DNA from: Octopus vulgaris
Lineage: Eukaryota
DNA length: 64,000 nucleotides
Assembly: GCA_951406725.2 (NCBI GenBank)
Contig: OX597816.1
Span: forward strand, 120,528,001 to 120,592,000
Direction: 5' to 3'
This document shows, piece after piece, positions 53,155-64,000 of this stretch. Each line of letters begins with the position of its first letter. Within the stretch, counting starts at the first letter, position 1. The notes beneath the pieces are model-generated. The model ran no database searches and was not told the DNA's origin. It was given only the letters and a program-made list of their open reading frames with translations. Both the position numbers and the translations under genes were made by a program.

Positions 53155-53560
53155 AGGGAGTGGCTGTGTGGTAAGTAGCTTGCCTATCAACCAGATGGTT
53201 CCGAGTTCAGTCCCACTGCGTGGCACCTTTGGCAAGTGTCTTCTGCAATAGCCTCAGTCTGACCAAAGCCTTGTGAGTGGATTTGGTAGAGGGAAACTGA
53301 AAGAAGCCTGTCGTATATGTATATATATATATGTGTGTGCGTGATTGTGTTTGTGTATATTTGTGTCTCAGTGTTTGTCCCATCACCATCGCTTGACAAC
53401 CGATGTTGGTGTGTTCACGTCCCCGTAACTTAGCGGTTCGGCAAAAGAGGCCGATAGAATAAGTACTAGGCTTACAAAGAATAAGTCCTGGGGTCGATTT
53501 GTTCGACTAAAGGCAGTGCTCCAGCATGGCCGAAGTCAAATGACTGAAACAAATAAAAAT
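53155..53560 (+). mobile_element. SINE family 3, full length
   Basis: TGGCTGTGTGG A box, GAGTTCAGTCCC B box, internal (TA)(TG) tract, tail GTGCTCCAGCATGGCC..TGACTGAAAC. Confidence 0.88.
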
Positions 53561-53633
53561 ATAACAATATATATATGTATATATAACAAAGGCGGCTATA
53601 CGCAATATAAAACCAAAAAGGAAAATTTCAAAC

Positions 53634-53749
53634 GTCACTAATTGTGACTGAGGGTGCAGAGTGGCATCTACATTGCTAGAAAGGTTCTAAAGGTTTTCAA
53701 ACTCTTATTTCTAGCAATGTACTCTGCACCCTCAGTCACAATTAGTGAC
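53634..53749. repeat. Inverted repeat forming a long hairpin
   Basis: GTCACTAATTGTGACTGAGGGTGCAGAGT / ACTCTGCACCCTCAGTCACAATTAGTGAC perfect, plus inner ACATTGCTAGAAA / TTTCTAGCAATGT. Confidence 0.92.
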
Positions 53750-54129
53750 AATTGAATATACATACATAAATATATACATACATACAAACACCATATATAG
53801 AATCCCATATATAGAATCAAATACATGCATACAAATCCCATATATAGAATCACAAGACCTTAAACCTCAGATCTGTTTGACAACGAATGCGAGAAAATTC
53901 TCCAAAGAAATTAACATGAACATTTCTTTTAAAAAAATTCTCCACACCCAAGTTAACAAAGAACTATGAACTAAAATTTATATTATTTATATTAATTATA
54001 TTATTAAAAAATTAAAAAATAATAAATTAAATTGATTAGAATTACCAGTGAAATCATTCTTTTTCTTTTTTCAAATACACACACACACAAGGTAAAGAAT
54101 TCCTTCAAAGAGGTGTGTAAAACATCCAA

Positions 54130-54950
54130 TTCACTGGTATGTTGGTTGAATACCGCATAAATAGGGGTATAATGCAAATTACAAACAAATCAAATAGAGC
54201 GATTCAGTGGGTAATATGGTAATATAGATTGTAGTTATTGTAGCTCTAAGTTTCTCTTCATTACAGATTTTTCCCTCCGATAAACCAAGTAAATAAAAAA
54301 CCATTGTTTGTTAAGCTTCTCTTCATATTTATTATGGAATTATCCCTCCGATAAATAATTTGTTTTATCAATAACTTTAGATAAAAGAGGAGTTGTTATA
54401 TATTACCAATATAATACTATATTATCATTTATATTTCTTTAAATATTTTATTACACTCTCTAAATTAAGTAAGACCCTGTTACTTAATTTATACACTAAT
54501 ATATTGTTGTTGTATGTTATTATAATAGCCAAAGATTGCCTTCGACCTAATCGAATTTGGATTAATATTATGTGAGATATATAGAAGTATATTTCGATGG
54601 TTATAGATTCTATTTACTTAAGTATTTTGTCAGTTATACTTTTTTTTATTGTAATTGTTATGTAGTTGAAAAGTTAACGCTCACGCTCATAATACATAGG
54701 CATTTGAATTAATTTTTTTTACAATACAATCGTCCTTTCACGTGGAATTTCGTCTGTCTTTAGACCAAAGCTCTGAAGAGACTTATATCAATGAATATGA
54801 ATTGTTTATAAATCAAATAATGTATATAAGTCGAAACAAATTGTTGGCTCTTTTGGTTTTATAATGATTTTTTATGTTAACTTATATTATATTCATAGTA
54901 TATTATATATAATGTAGATAAATATTGGATTGTCAATTGAATCTATTTAA
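54130..54950 (+). mobile_element. Non-coding HHR-bearing repeat, same family as the 10.6-11.9 kb cluster
   Basis: GTTGAATACC(A/G)CATAAATAGGGGTATAATGCAAATTACAAACAA shared with ~10625-10668; 54650-54950 matches ~10890-11160. Confidence 0.8.
54770..54848 (+). ncRNA. Hammerhead ribozyme with 9-bp stem II and large loop
   Basis: GCT-CTGAAGA-GACTTATAT...ATATAAGTC-GAAA-CAA(A)TTG-TT-GGC; distal ACCAAA/TTTGGT extends stem I. Confidence 0.7.
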
Positions 54951-54956
54951 TTTATG

Positions 54957-55014
<58 letters not shown>

Positions 55015-55929
55015 TGTTGTAGAGGAGACCCCGAGTGAGAGAAGTGGGGTGTTCCACTACAAATAAATGGTGGACTGATGGACAGACACAACGCGTGGTG
55101 TCAGTTGGCGAGGAATTATGGTGATATCTGTACTCCATTTTTTGCTTGTTATACATGTATCTGTGTGTTTGTGTATACATACATATGCACATGTACATAT
55201 ACATGCAAAAATACACAGATACACATATTTATCCTATTACAGAATATGCCTCTCCTCAATCGCCATTTAAAACTAATATATCTTAGCCCCGTAGAATAGT
55301 TAACTTATCAAGACATTGTAATACCTTAATCTATCCACACACGCACAGACCAGCAAGAATATTCGCATACCAGCTTTTACTAAACACCATCACAGTTTAG
55401 TCGTCTAACAATTCTTTTCTTATTATAAATTATTATAAATTCATTCTTTTATTTAATATTTTGCATTATATTTTATGTTCTATATTTTACTTCTTAATTT
55501 TAGTGTATATTCACATACATTCTTCTTCCACTTTATTGAATAATATTCTACAATTTCCTTGTAGTTGTTGTTTTTTTAAAATTTTCACATTTATTTAAAT
55601 AGTATTAACAGTTTTCTTACCATGACAAACAGATGTGCATATTTTCTATATCCTTTTTAATAGAACGAAACAATATTTCCTTAACATTAACGATCATCCT
55701 TAAGTTACACTTATATCTTAATCAATCTATTTCATTAAATGACAACATCATATATATTCCGTCTTTTATCTTTCACTACCTTAAATAATATCCAATATCG
55801 CTTCACACAATATACAACAAAATATCTAAAATTATTGGCTATTATTACTTTGCAAGGCATCGTTTAACTTTAACTTTCTCAGTAATATGAAAGAAATTGT
55901 TGTATACAGTGCTCAGGTGCGCTACAACT

Positions 55930-56200
55930 AAGAAGAAAAAAACGCCATCAGGTGTACTGTTGGCGGATTTTTCGAAGCATGGTAGTTTTGAAGGCTGTAG
56001 TATCTGGACAGTTAACGACTGATACGGGTAGTTTATCCCATGCTTCAATAATTCAGTGCGTCAAAGTATGTTTCCGAAGGTTACGGGTGTTGTGTTGTTT
56101 TGATTTTGTGAGCATGTCCACGAATGTTTGACATATGGAATTCAAAAAAGTGCCCAATGTTGTTGGAAAGTCTCTTTCCACAGCAGTTCTCAGATTTGTG
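55930..56200 (-). mobile_element. CR1-type LINE 3' end relic
   Basis: NIRGHAHKI ... RKHTL..IIEAWDKLPVSVVNC..TTAFK, matching the TRGH..WNxLP..VV..FK terminal block. Confidence 0.75.
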
Positions 56201-56302
56201 ATATTTTATTGTATAATTTATCTCTTCTTCAAAACAATTCTTTTTAATATGTAGTTCTTTATAAGAAAATAATCATAAAATCTCATTTTCACTATTTAAT
56301 AC

Positions 56303-56466
56303 AGGCGCAGAAGTGGCTGTATGATAAGAAGCTTGCTTCCCAAGCAGATGGTTCCGGGTTCAGTCCGACTGCGTGGCACCTTGGGTAAGTGTTTTGAACT
56401 ATAGCCTCGGGCCGACCAAAGCCTTGTGAGTGGATTTGGTAGACGGAAACTGAAAGAAGCCTGTCG

Positions 56467-56468
<2 letters not shown>
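56303..56468 (+). mobile_element. SINE family 3, 5' half
   Basis: GGCGCAGAAGTGGCTGT..GGTTCAGTCC..GCCTTGTGAGTGGATTTGGTAGACGG. Confidence 0.85.
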
Positions 56469-56497
<29 letters not shown>

Positions 56498-56575
56498 CCT
56501 TTCCTGAGCGTCCAATAACACTATACTTGTTCCACGTCCTCGCATTGTGTTTTCTCTTTGTTCATGTTTGGATTA

Positions 56576-56634
<59 letters not shown>

Positions 56635-56817
56635 TATATATATATATATATATAGGTGAGAAAGTTGGTGTGTGAAAGCACGTGGTTGAATATATAGAAA
56701 ATAGTAAAAAGTGAAAAAACTACAAAAGGCTTGTTTTAAAAGGTTAAAAAATATATATTTGAGTCAATATGTATGAAGAATGTTATAAATTTTTTTCATA
56801 CAATGACATAGTTTTTG

Positions 56818-56857
56818 AAGAAATGACCGGTTTCGCGTTCAGCTTTTCAAATTTCTT
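56818..56857 (-). ncRNA. 40-nt hammerhead ribozyme, U3-A8 core variant (second copy)
   Basis: rc AAGAAAT-TTGAAAA-GC(tgaac)GC-GAAA-CCGG-TC-ATTTCTT; GUC site. Confidence 0.78.
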
Positions 56858-56924
56858 ACATCGTTATGTTTACGTTGAGAAGAGTTATCGTTATGTTTAT
56901 GTTGAGAAGAGTTCCAGATAAGGG

Positions 56925-57544
56925 GACAGACAGACAGACAGACAGACGGACAGACAGACAAACAGTTAGATATGCATATGTCCATGCATACATACACACA
57001 TGCATGCATACATGCATACACACATACATACATAAATACATGCTTGCATGCGCACATGCATACAAGCATACAAACAATCTTACGATCATGTGTCCAACAC
57101 CCTAACCACTAAGCCACGCGCCTCCACGCTACTTCCTTTTCAATATCATTGATATTCCCCGTGCTGTGATTCCAATGTCTCTCCTAATTTACTTGGATAA
57201 TACATTAAATAACCTTGTCTGATCCATCATCTTATCCTGCAGTTCATTTTTGTATTTCGCTAAATAAACCATTTTGTATGTATGTATGTATGTATGTATG
57301 TATGTATGTATGTATGTATGTATGTATGTATGTATGTATGTATGAATGTATATATGTGTGTATGTATGTGTACGTACGTATGTATGTATATATGTTTGTA
57401 TGCATGTATGCATGTGCGCATGCAAGCATGTATTTATGTATGTATGTGTGTATGCATGTATGCATGCATGTGTGTATGTATGCATGGACATATGCATATC
57501 CAACTGTTTGTCTGTCTGTCCGTCTGTCTGTCTGTCTGTCTGTC
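56925..57544. repeat. ~150-bp inverted duplication of low-complexity DNA
   Basis: 56925-57076 is the near-exact reverse complement of 57393-57544. Confidence 0.88.
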
Positions 57545-57647
57545 TATCTAAATATCTATCTGCTATACATACATATATACATTATATATATATATAGTTA
57601 AAATTTATAGAAAAACAAAAGACGAAGGCAGGTGTATGAACAACAAC

Positions 57648-57686
<39 letters not shown>

Positions 57687-60527
57687 TTTACGTATGATTT
57701 AATATATAATACAATACATTTTGATATAACGTAATATTTTGTCATATTATATCATATTATATTAAATATATTCGTAAAGTCACTGGATGCTTTTACGGCC
57801 TCTTTTAAAAATTTGCGTCTTCTTATCGCACTCTATGGGTATGCATGACTTTTTTCGAGGGAATAATACTTGAGAAAAAAATTGAAAGAAACCGCTTTAT
57901 ATTCAATCATGTTCGAAACGTACAGATCAATTATTAACTTATACAACCTTAAAGTTTGTCATAAATAGTGTAATAATCTTTAAATGTCCTTTTTATGAAC
58001 AGAAAAAAAAACTTAGAATCCTTCGTGCGTTCAAGAAAAATGTCCATCTAGTTATTGTTAAGTATCAGGCTTATACTGTTTTAGAAAACCTATGAAACAA
58101 AGGTATTGCAACTATGAACAGCCGATTTATTGTTACCTAATATTGCATTTTAGTATGTTCTTTTAGATTGCTATAATTTAGAGGAGATTTGATAGTTATT
58201 TCTAGCAGGTTGAGCGACCACGTAGAGTCTCTCTTTTCTCGCATTCGTCTAAAATATTGTCGGTGTCTGTACGCAATGAGTTAATCATGGGACGTTGCAC
58301 TACCCTAGCCACTACACATAGCTCGAGTTCGGAACTGAAGTCCAAGTCGAGTGGTAATGCATCAAAAACGAATGGTGGATCCTAAAGCCTGGCTCTAGAA
58401 GCTTACCACTTGCTCTGCAGTGTGAGCAATGCACTGTTAAAGATAAGAATCTCTTACATTGGCTTCAATGCTACAAGTTGTTGTTACGCTATAAATCATT
58501 ATATGATCAAAAGCGTCGCAGTGGTGGCTATGCAGCCTTTTTTTCAGGCATTGCGTATCTAATATCACATCATCTAATGTAATATTTTAGATATAATCTT
58601 CGTAAAATGGTAGGAGAATTTGAATGTAAGTTGGTTGCGTTTTCTGACAGATCGAGTGTGTACATAAAAGCTCTTTGAATGGTTCATAAAAATTACAGTC
58701 TTACAGAGGACTGAGTCAACGACAGCTCAGACTTTGTTATTTCCTCGAACCTGGGAGCATGAAATCCGTTCTGATTGGGTTTCAATTCAGAACCTAGCGG
58801 ATGTAAGTAGACAAACATAGCTGGTTAGTTTACGTGACAATCTACATATTGTTCCCACCAACACAGCCCTTTCGCACAGGTTAAAAGACAACGTTGTTAG
58901 TTAGTAATGATTAAGTGGATTCGATTCAGACCAACCTTTTTCGGCATTGCCAATGCAGCAATTAATCTTTATCTGAGCTTTTTTTTTTATGTCTCTCATG
59001 TGCACGATTTTTTTTTACTTATTAATTTGGTGTCGCTTTCATATCAAAAATTTCAATTTATGAGACGACAAACATATACTGTTCATTTTGATACGCTTTA
59101 AGATTTTTAAATGGGGAACTATGTTCATCATCATCATCATCATCATATGTGTGTTTGTGTGTGTATGCATGTATGTATGTACGTATGTATGTATCTATGT
59201 ATTGACTACAAGGTTATTGAATTTTACCTAAAAAAAACATTCACAACAGCAAACAAAATCAAATCAAAAGCAAAATAAAATAATGAAGAAAGAAACATCT
59301 AGATGTAAGTAAAGATTATCGATTTATATATGTGATTAAACAAAAATACTAAAATGTTTAAAATTGTTTAAACATAAGGAAACCAATGTAATGTTGATTT
59401 GTTATGGGTAATAAAGCACAATCTTCGTTGGACCAAATCTGATTTCTATGTCGCCTAACTTAAGTATTCGTCTTTGTAAAGAATTTCCTGAACAGTTTGT
59501 TGATTTATTTTCTTTGGAATCTAGAAATGTTGTGCTACCTAACGTTTCTAATGATATTATGCATATGGTTGCACCTGGTCATATGTCCTGCAAAATACAT
59601 GATATTTGTATATTTTTGAAAGCAATTTAAATGTAAATATATAAATTAACATGTCATTAATTGAATATTTGAGATACCTTGTTCCAACTTATACCGAGAT
59701 ATTTTTAATGTTTTATTTAAGATATTATCTTGTAGATTGCTGCAATTCACTTTCATACTAGGAGAACTTATACATTATCAGTCACATATCTTTTGTTGAA
59801 AATGATAAACTTATCTGATACTGAGCGAAAATATGCATATGAACGTAGGTGTGCAAGTTTATCTAACTACTGTGTTTGTTTTCTCCAAAATAACAAATGT
59901 AGGTGTCTACATATATTCTGCTTATTAATTATTAAGAAGTCTTTTACAAGCATTCGCAAGTTTGCATATATACCGTGTTTTCTTCCTCCACTATTACAAA
60001 TGAGTCTGTATATAGTGTTTATCAACTATTTTGTAAATCGTCTTTAGAAAACAATGTTCTTTAATGTTGCAAGACAACGATAAAGCTTGTATATTTCATA
60101 ATAGGTTGGTGATTTGCAAACTGCCATTGCCATTGTGACGTGTTCGACTCCAAGAGATAGTTTCGATGCTCGATAAATACAAATTCGTACTCGTATGAAT
60201 AGCAGTAATCCCACACAATCTCATTATTTTGTAATAAATAAATTATATGCATTACGATTTACTGTCAAGAGCAGTAAGTATGCTTTTGGCAAGTTGAATT
60301 CTCGACATGGTTTCACTATTTTCTGGTAATGGTGTTCTGTAATATTTTCCTGTTCTTTGTATGAGCAATGAATAATCATGTATGTGTCAAAATGTTCAAA
60401 TGATATTTCATTAGCTACTTGCAATATGTATATACATGAAATTATCGATTCTGTCGACTCGAGATTTGTACGGTCGACTTAATAGTGGTTGAGTGAAACC
60501 CTAGTTTTTATATCTGTTTATCTCATA

Positions 60528-60926
60528 CTAGCAGTATATCCCAGCGTTGCTCGGGCTTGTTTTCTTTTCGACCCTTTAGAATTGGAATTTTTGAAAAGTA
60601 AAAATGTTGCATTATGTAGCTTGTTATTCTCTTTAAGTGAACATTTTTCTGATTGAAATACACCGAAAAATGGCGACACAGCAGTCAAAAAATCGTAAAA
60701 AATAAGGTTTTTCATAGAAAAAAAAGCACCTTTTTTATATAAATAATTTTTGGTGTTAACATGGTTCGATTTGAATGTTTTCTTCTACGAAAGGAAGAGC
60801 AAGCCTTCTTCTATCATACTCTCTCAATGTTGGTCAACTTTCGCCGCAGGGTCTCGGAGGAGATAGTGTTAGTTGAAGGCTACCAAACCTGCCATACACA
60901 GACAACTTCAGCTTTATATATATAGA
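60528..60926 (-). mobile_element. Non-autonomous Helitron
   Basis: On the minus strand begins A|TC, ends with hairpin CCCGAGC-AAC-GCTGGG then CTAG|T; inserted at AT with no TSD. Confidence 0.8.
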
Positions 60927-62650
60927 TAAGTTAACATGTAACAGACTCCAAGAACTTTCTATTCAAAAGAAAATTTATAGAATACTGAAGTGTTTTTATA
61001 CCACAAAAGAAACTAAACCCGTACCTATGTGCATGTGTGTATGTGTGAGTGTGTGTGAGTGTACATATACATTTATGATATTCTCTGTGATGTATACATA
61101 TAATGTATATCTATGTATCTATCTTTTCTATGATTATATATTTGTGCTCCTGTGCCCCAAAATTGAGGTATTATTGATGCATACCGCATAGAACTTTTGT
61201 TATCTTACAACTTTTTATTATGTCCAAATTAACTCAGTTTCCCTTACAAAGAATAATAGGTGTTTAAATTTCGACCGTCAGATACACTCTTATGTGCATT
61301 GATCAACTAAATACATCTGATGGAAAATTTGTTAAGGGATCGCAACAAATATCAGCAATTTTTGTTACGACAGTGAATTAGTTTTTTTTATTCACCACTG
61401 TGATATATATAACTGCACTGTGTATTTCATTATTTTACAAATAGGTGGTCTGTTTATGAGGTATCTTTTGAACTGGATAAGAAGCCCGTCTATAATAGCT
61501 TTTACCAATTTTACATTGAAACTCAACGTTGTAAGTTAATGAAATATTAAGCAAAAAGTAATTAGCGAATTCTCTTTCAACATAATTATTACAAAAGAAT
61601 TCCAGTGCTAAGATTAGTAAGCTGCGCTGCCTCATAATGTCTTTTGGGGAACCAAGTGATTTGGCTATTGGAATATATGTGTCTGTGTCATAAACACGTT
61701 CATGAAAAACGTCTAGGTACAAAATGTCGGCACTTCACCTAAAAGGCCGACATCAAAACGACTATTATACATGCACACACACACACACACACACATACAT
61801 ATATATGCATGCATACACATATATTCAGTGTGTGTGCCTGCACGTTCAATCCTAGTTTCCCTGGATTCAAGAATTTGGGTTAAATTATTATGGCTTCTTT
61901 TCAATCTGTACCAAAATCGCCTATTGTATAGGAGAGAGAAATGTATCATTCATAATTTTCTTCAAAAGCGTTTATGGCATATGTAATGCAAAATAGTTGC
62001 TAGCAAGAATCGAAACATCATAGTGGTTTGGACTTGACAGAAACCTTCTTCCTGTTGTACAGTATACACCATTAGATGTTTAATAAGTTGTACAGTATAC
62101 ACATTAGATGTTTAAACAAGCTAACCACACTTTCAGTATAATTTTATAGCATTTTATAGTCATAACACCAAGTCATTCCACTTGTTATTTCTTAGCAAAC
62201 CCTATTTCTCTCTGCCTCTTAAACTAAAAACAGCCTGTTGGTGGCAGCAGCGGAGGTCGCCAGTCAAACTACAAATTTAATCTTTTAGGAAAATCGCCAA
62301 TAAAAGACTATTTGAACATCTATGCTAATAATATAGCAAGACTTTGCTCACACATGGTAACAGAACTGATTGTCATTTGAAATAGATTCCTTAGATATTT
62401 ATGATATTTCAACTTTTCCCTCGTCTTTTTATAACTCTAAATTAAATAATTTACTCTGTCACTCTCTAAATATATATGCCAGCATTATAGAGAAATGGAC
62501 GAATAGAAAAATTACTCTCCTTTTTTTATTTCAAGTTCGTTTAAAAGTTGCTTTTAAAAATTTTTTTTGCCTCTGACAAAGTATTTGTCAAAAATAGATG
62601 AGCAAGAAAAGATAAGTGGTACATTATATATATATATATATATATATATA

Positions 62651-62726
<76 letters not shown>

Positions 62727-63886
62727 TTTGTTAATATCAAAACTACAATAAAATATAGAAAATTATCCTTAACACGTTAGCTAAGTCATCAATCTGAATA
62801 ATTTCCCATTGAAACATTATTTCATTAATTAAAGTTTCAATGGCAAAGATTTTAAGATGTAGCTTTTAACCATGTTGATAACATCTTGAAGCTTTACAGA
62901 TTAACTCAGCGTTTCTCTGAAGGCAGGGAGATACAGAGAAACACTTAAGTGCTAGAGATGTCAAGTGAAGCTTAGATTGGATTGGATTTCTAAATTATTG
63001 AGATATGTCACTCATCTGTCACATTGAAAATATGGCTTCAGAACAGTAAAGTTTGTAACTAAATGAAATAACATCAGAAACCTGATAGCAAAATGATGAA
63101 GCTGCAAAGTTTTAGCAAATTAATTAAAGAGAAAAGACATATTTAAAATGGATATTCAACAAATTGTGAAAATAATTGTTTCTCAGTATTTTGAATTATA
63201 TCAAACTATCTATCTTAAATAGCACTGAGTAAACAAACTATTGTTTCGTACAGAAGCTTATCATAGTAGAATAGTCGGATACTGGGAATGAGAGCTTAAA
63301 GTCGGGTCATATGCCTAAATAAACTGTTTTGTGCTGTTATTATACATGAGTTTGTAAGCAGTTATCATAATTATTTTTTTCATACAGTGAGCACAAAACT
63401 AATTCTTCTTGAGGTTTGAATTTCAACTCCATATATGAAAGTTATATGACTGGCGTCATTACTTCAACGCTAAAAGTAGTGTTGACTTCTCGGTTTCCAT
63501 TTTATTTACGTGTAATCTTGCCCAATGCCTAATAGATGTATAGTAAACAAAGTAGAAAACAAATGGCTTTTATCATAAGGTTACATACTGTAACCTTATG
63601 ATAAAAACCATGACATCGTTAGTCGAGATGCTAACTCTTTCGTTACTATATTTATTTTGAGATGTTCTAAAATGCGACTAAGGTTTAGTGGAAGATTTTA
63701 ATTCAAAACTTATGGAATCAAGACATTTGTACTCAGAGCCAGAGCCGGTTTCAGCCGGGTTGCCGATGAAAGAGTTCAGTAAAAGACATTTAAGATTTAG
63801 ATACTACTTTCAGTATATGTGTAAACTATATTATGAAATGCAAATAGCTATTGTATTTAGACACACACACACACACACACACATTC

Positions 63887-64000
63887 ATTTATTCTTTTAC
63901 TTGCTTCAGTCATTTGACTGCGGCCATGCTGGAGCACCGCTTTGAAGGATATTTAGTCGGATAAATCGACCCCAGGACTTATTTCTTAAGCCTAATGCAA
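63887..64000 (-). mobile_element. SINE family 3 tail, running off window end
   Basis: TTCAGTCATTTGACTGCGGCCATGCTGGAGCACCGC..ATCGACCCCAGGACTTAT. Confidence 0.8.

Noticed and set aside
59400-60430. Non-repetitive short ORFs and an acceptor-like site on the minus strand
   Set aside because: Stops in all frames shortly after the acceptor and no recognisable homology

Overview
AT-rich, microsatellite-dense eukaryotic non-genic DNA. The SINE repertoire suggests an octopod cephalopod (inference from recognition, not a search). No intact host protein-coding gene can be supported, and nearly all entries in the ORF track are microsatellite or chance ORFs. The window is a mosaic of four tRNA-derived SINE families, Tc1/mariner/IS630, Chapaev-like, hAT and Helitron DNA transposon relics, CR1-type and ORF1-like LINE relics, and many 3' ends of Penelope-like retroelements (PLEs). 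The main signal is RNA-level: more than ten minimal type-I hammerhead ribozyme (HHR) motifs, intact or decayed, mostly in PLE 3' UTRs. They show three compensatory states of the core 3-8 pair (C-G, U-A, G-C). The most unusual object is a ~730 bp palindromic insertion at 29.1-29.84 kb flanked by an 18-bp duplication. It consists of two head-to-head tRNA-like Pol III promoters, each followed by (AAT)n and a hammerhead motif, and is a candidate PLE-mobilised ribozyme-bearing SINE. All coordinates were read by eye; element boundaries are approximate.
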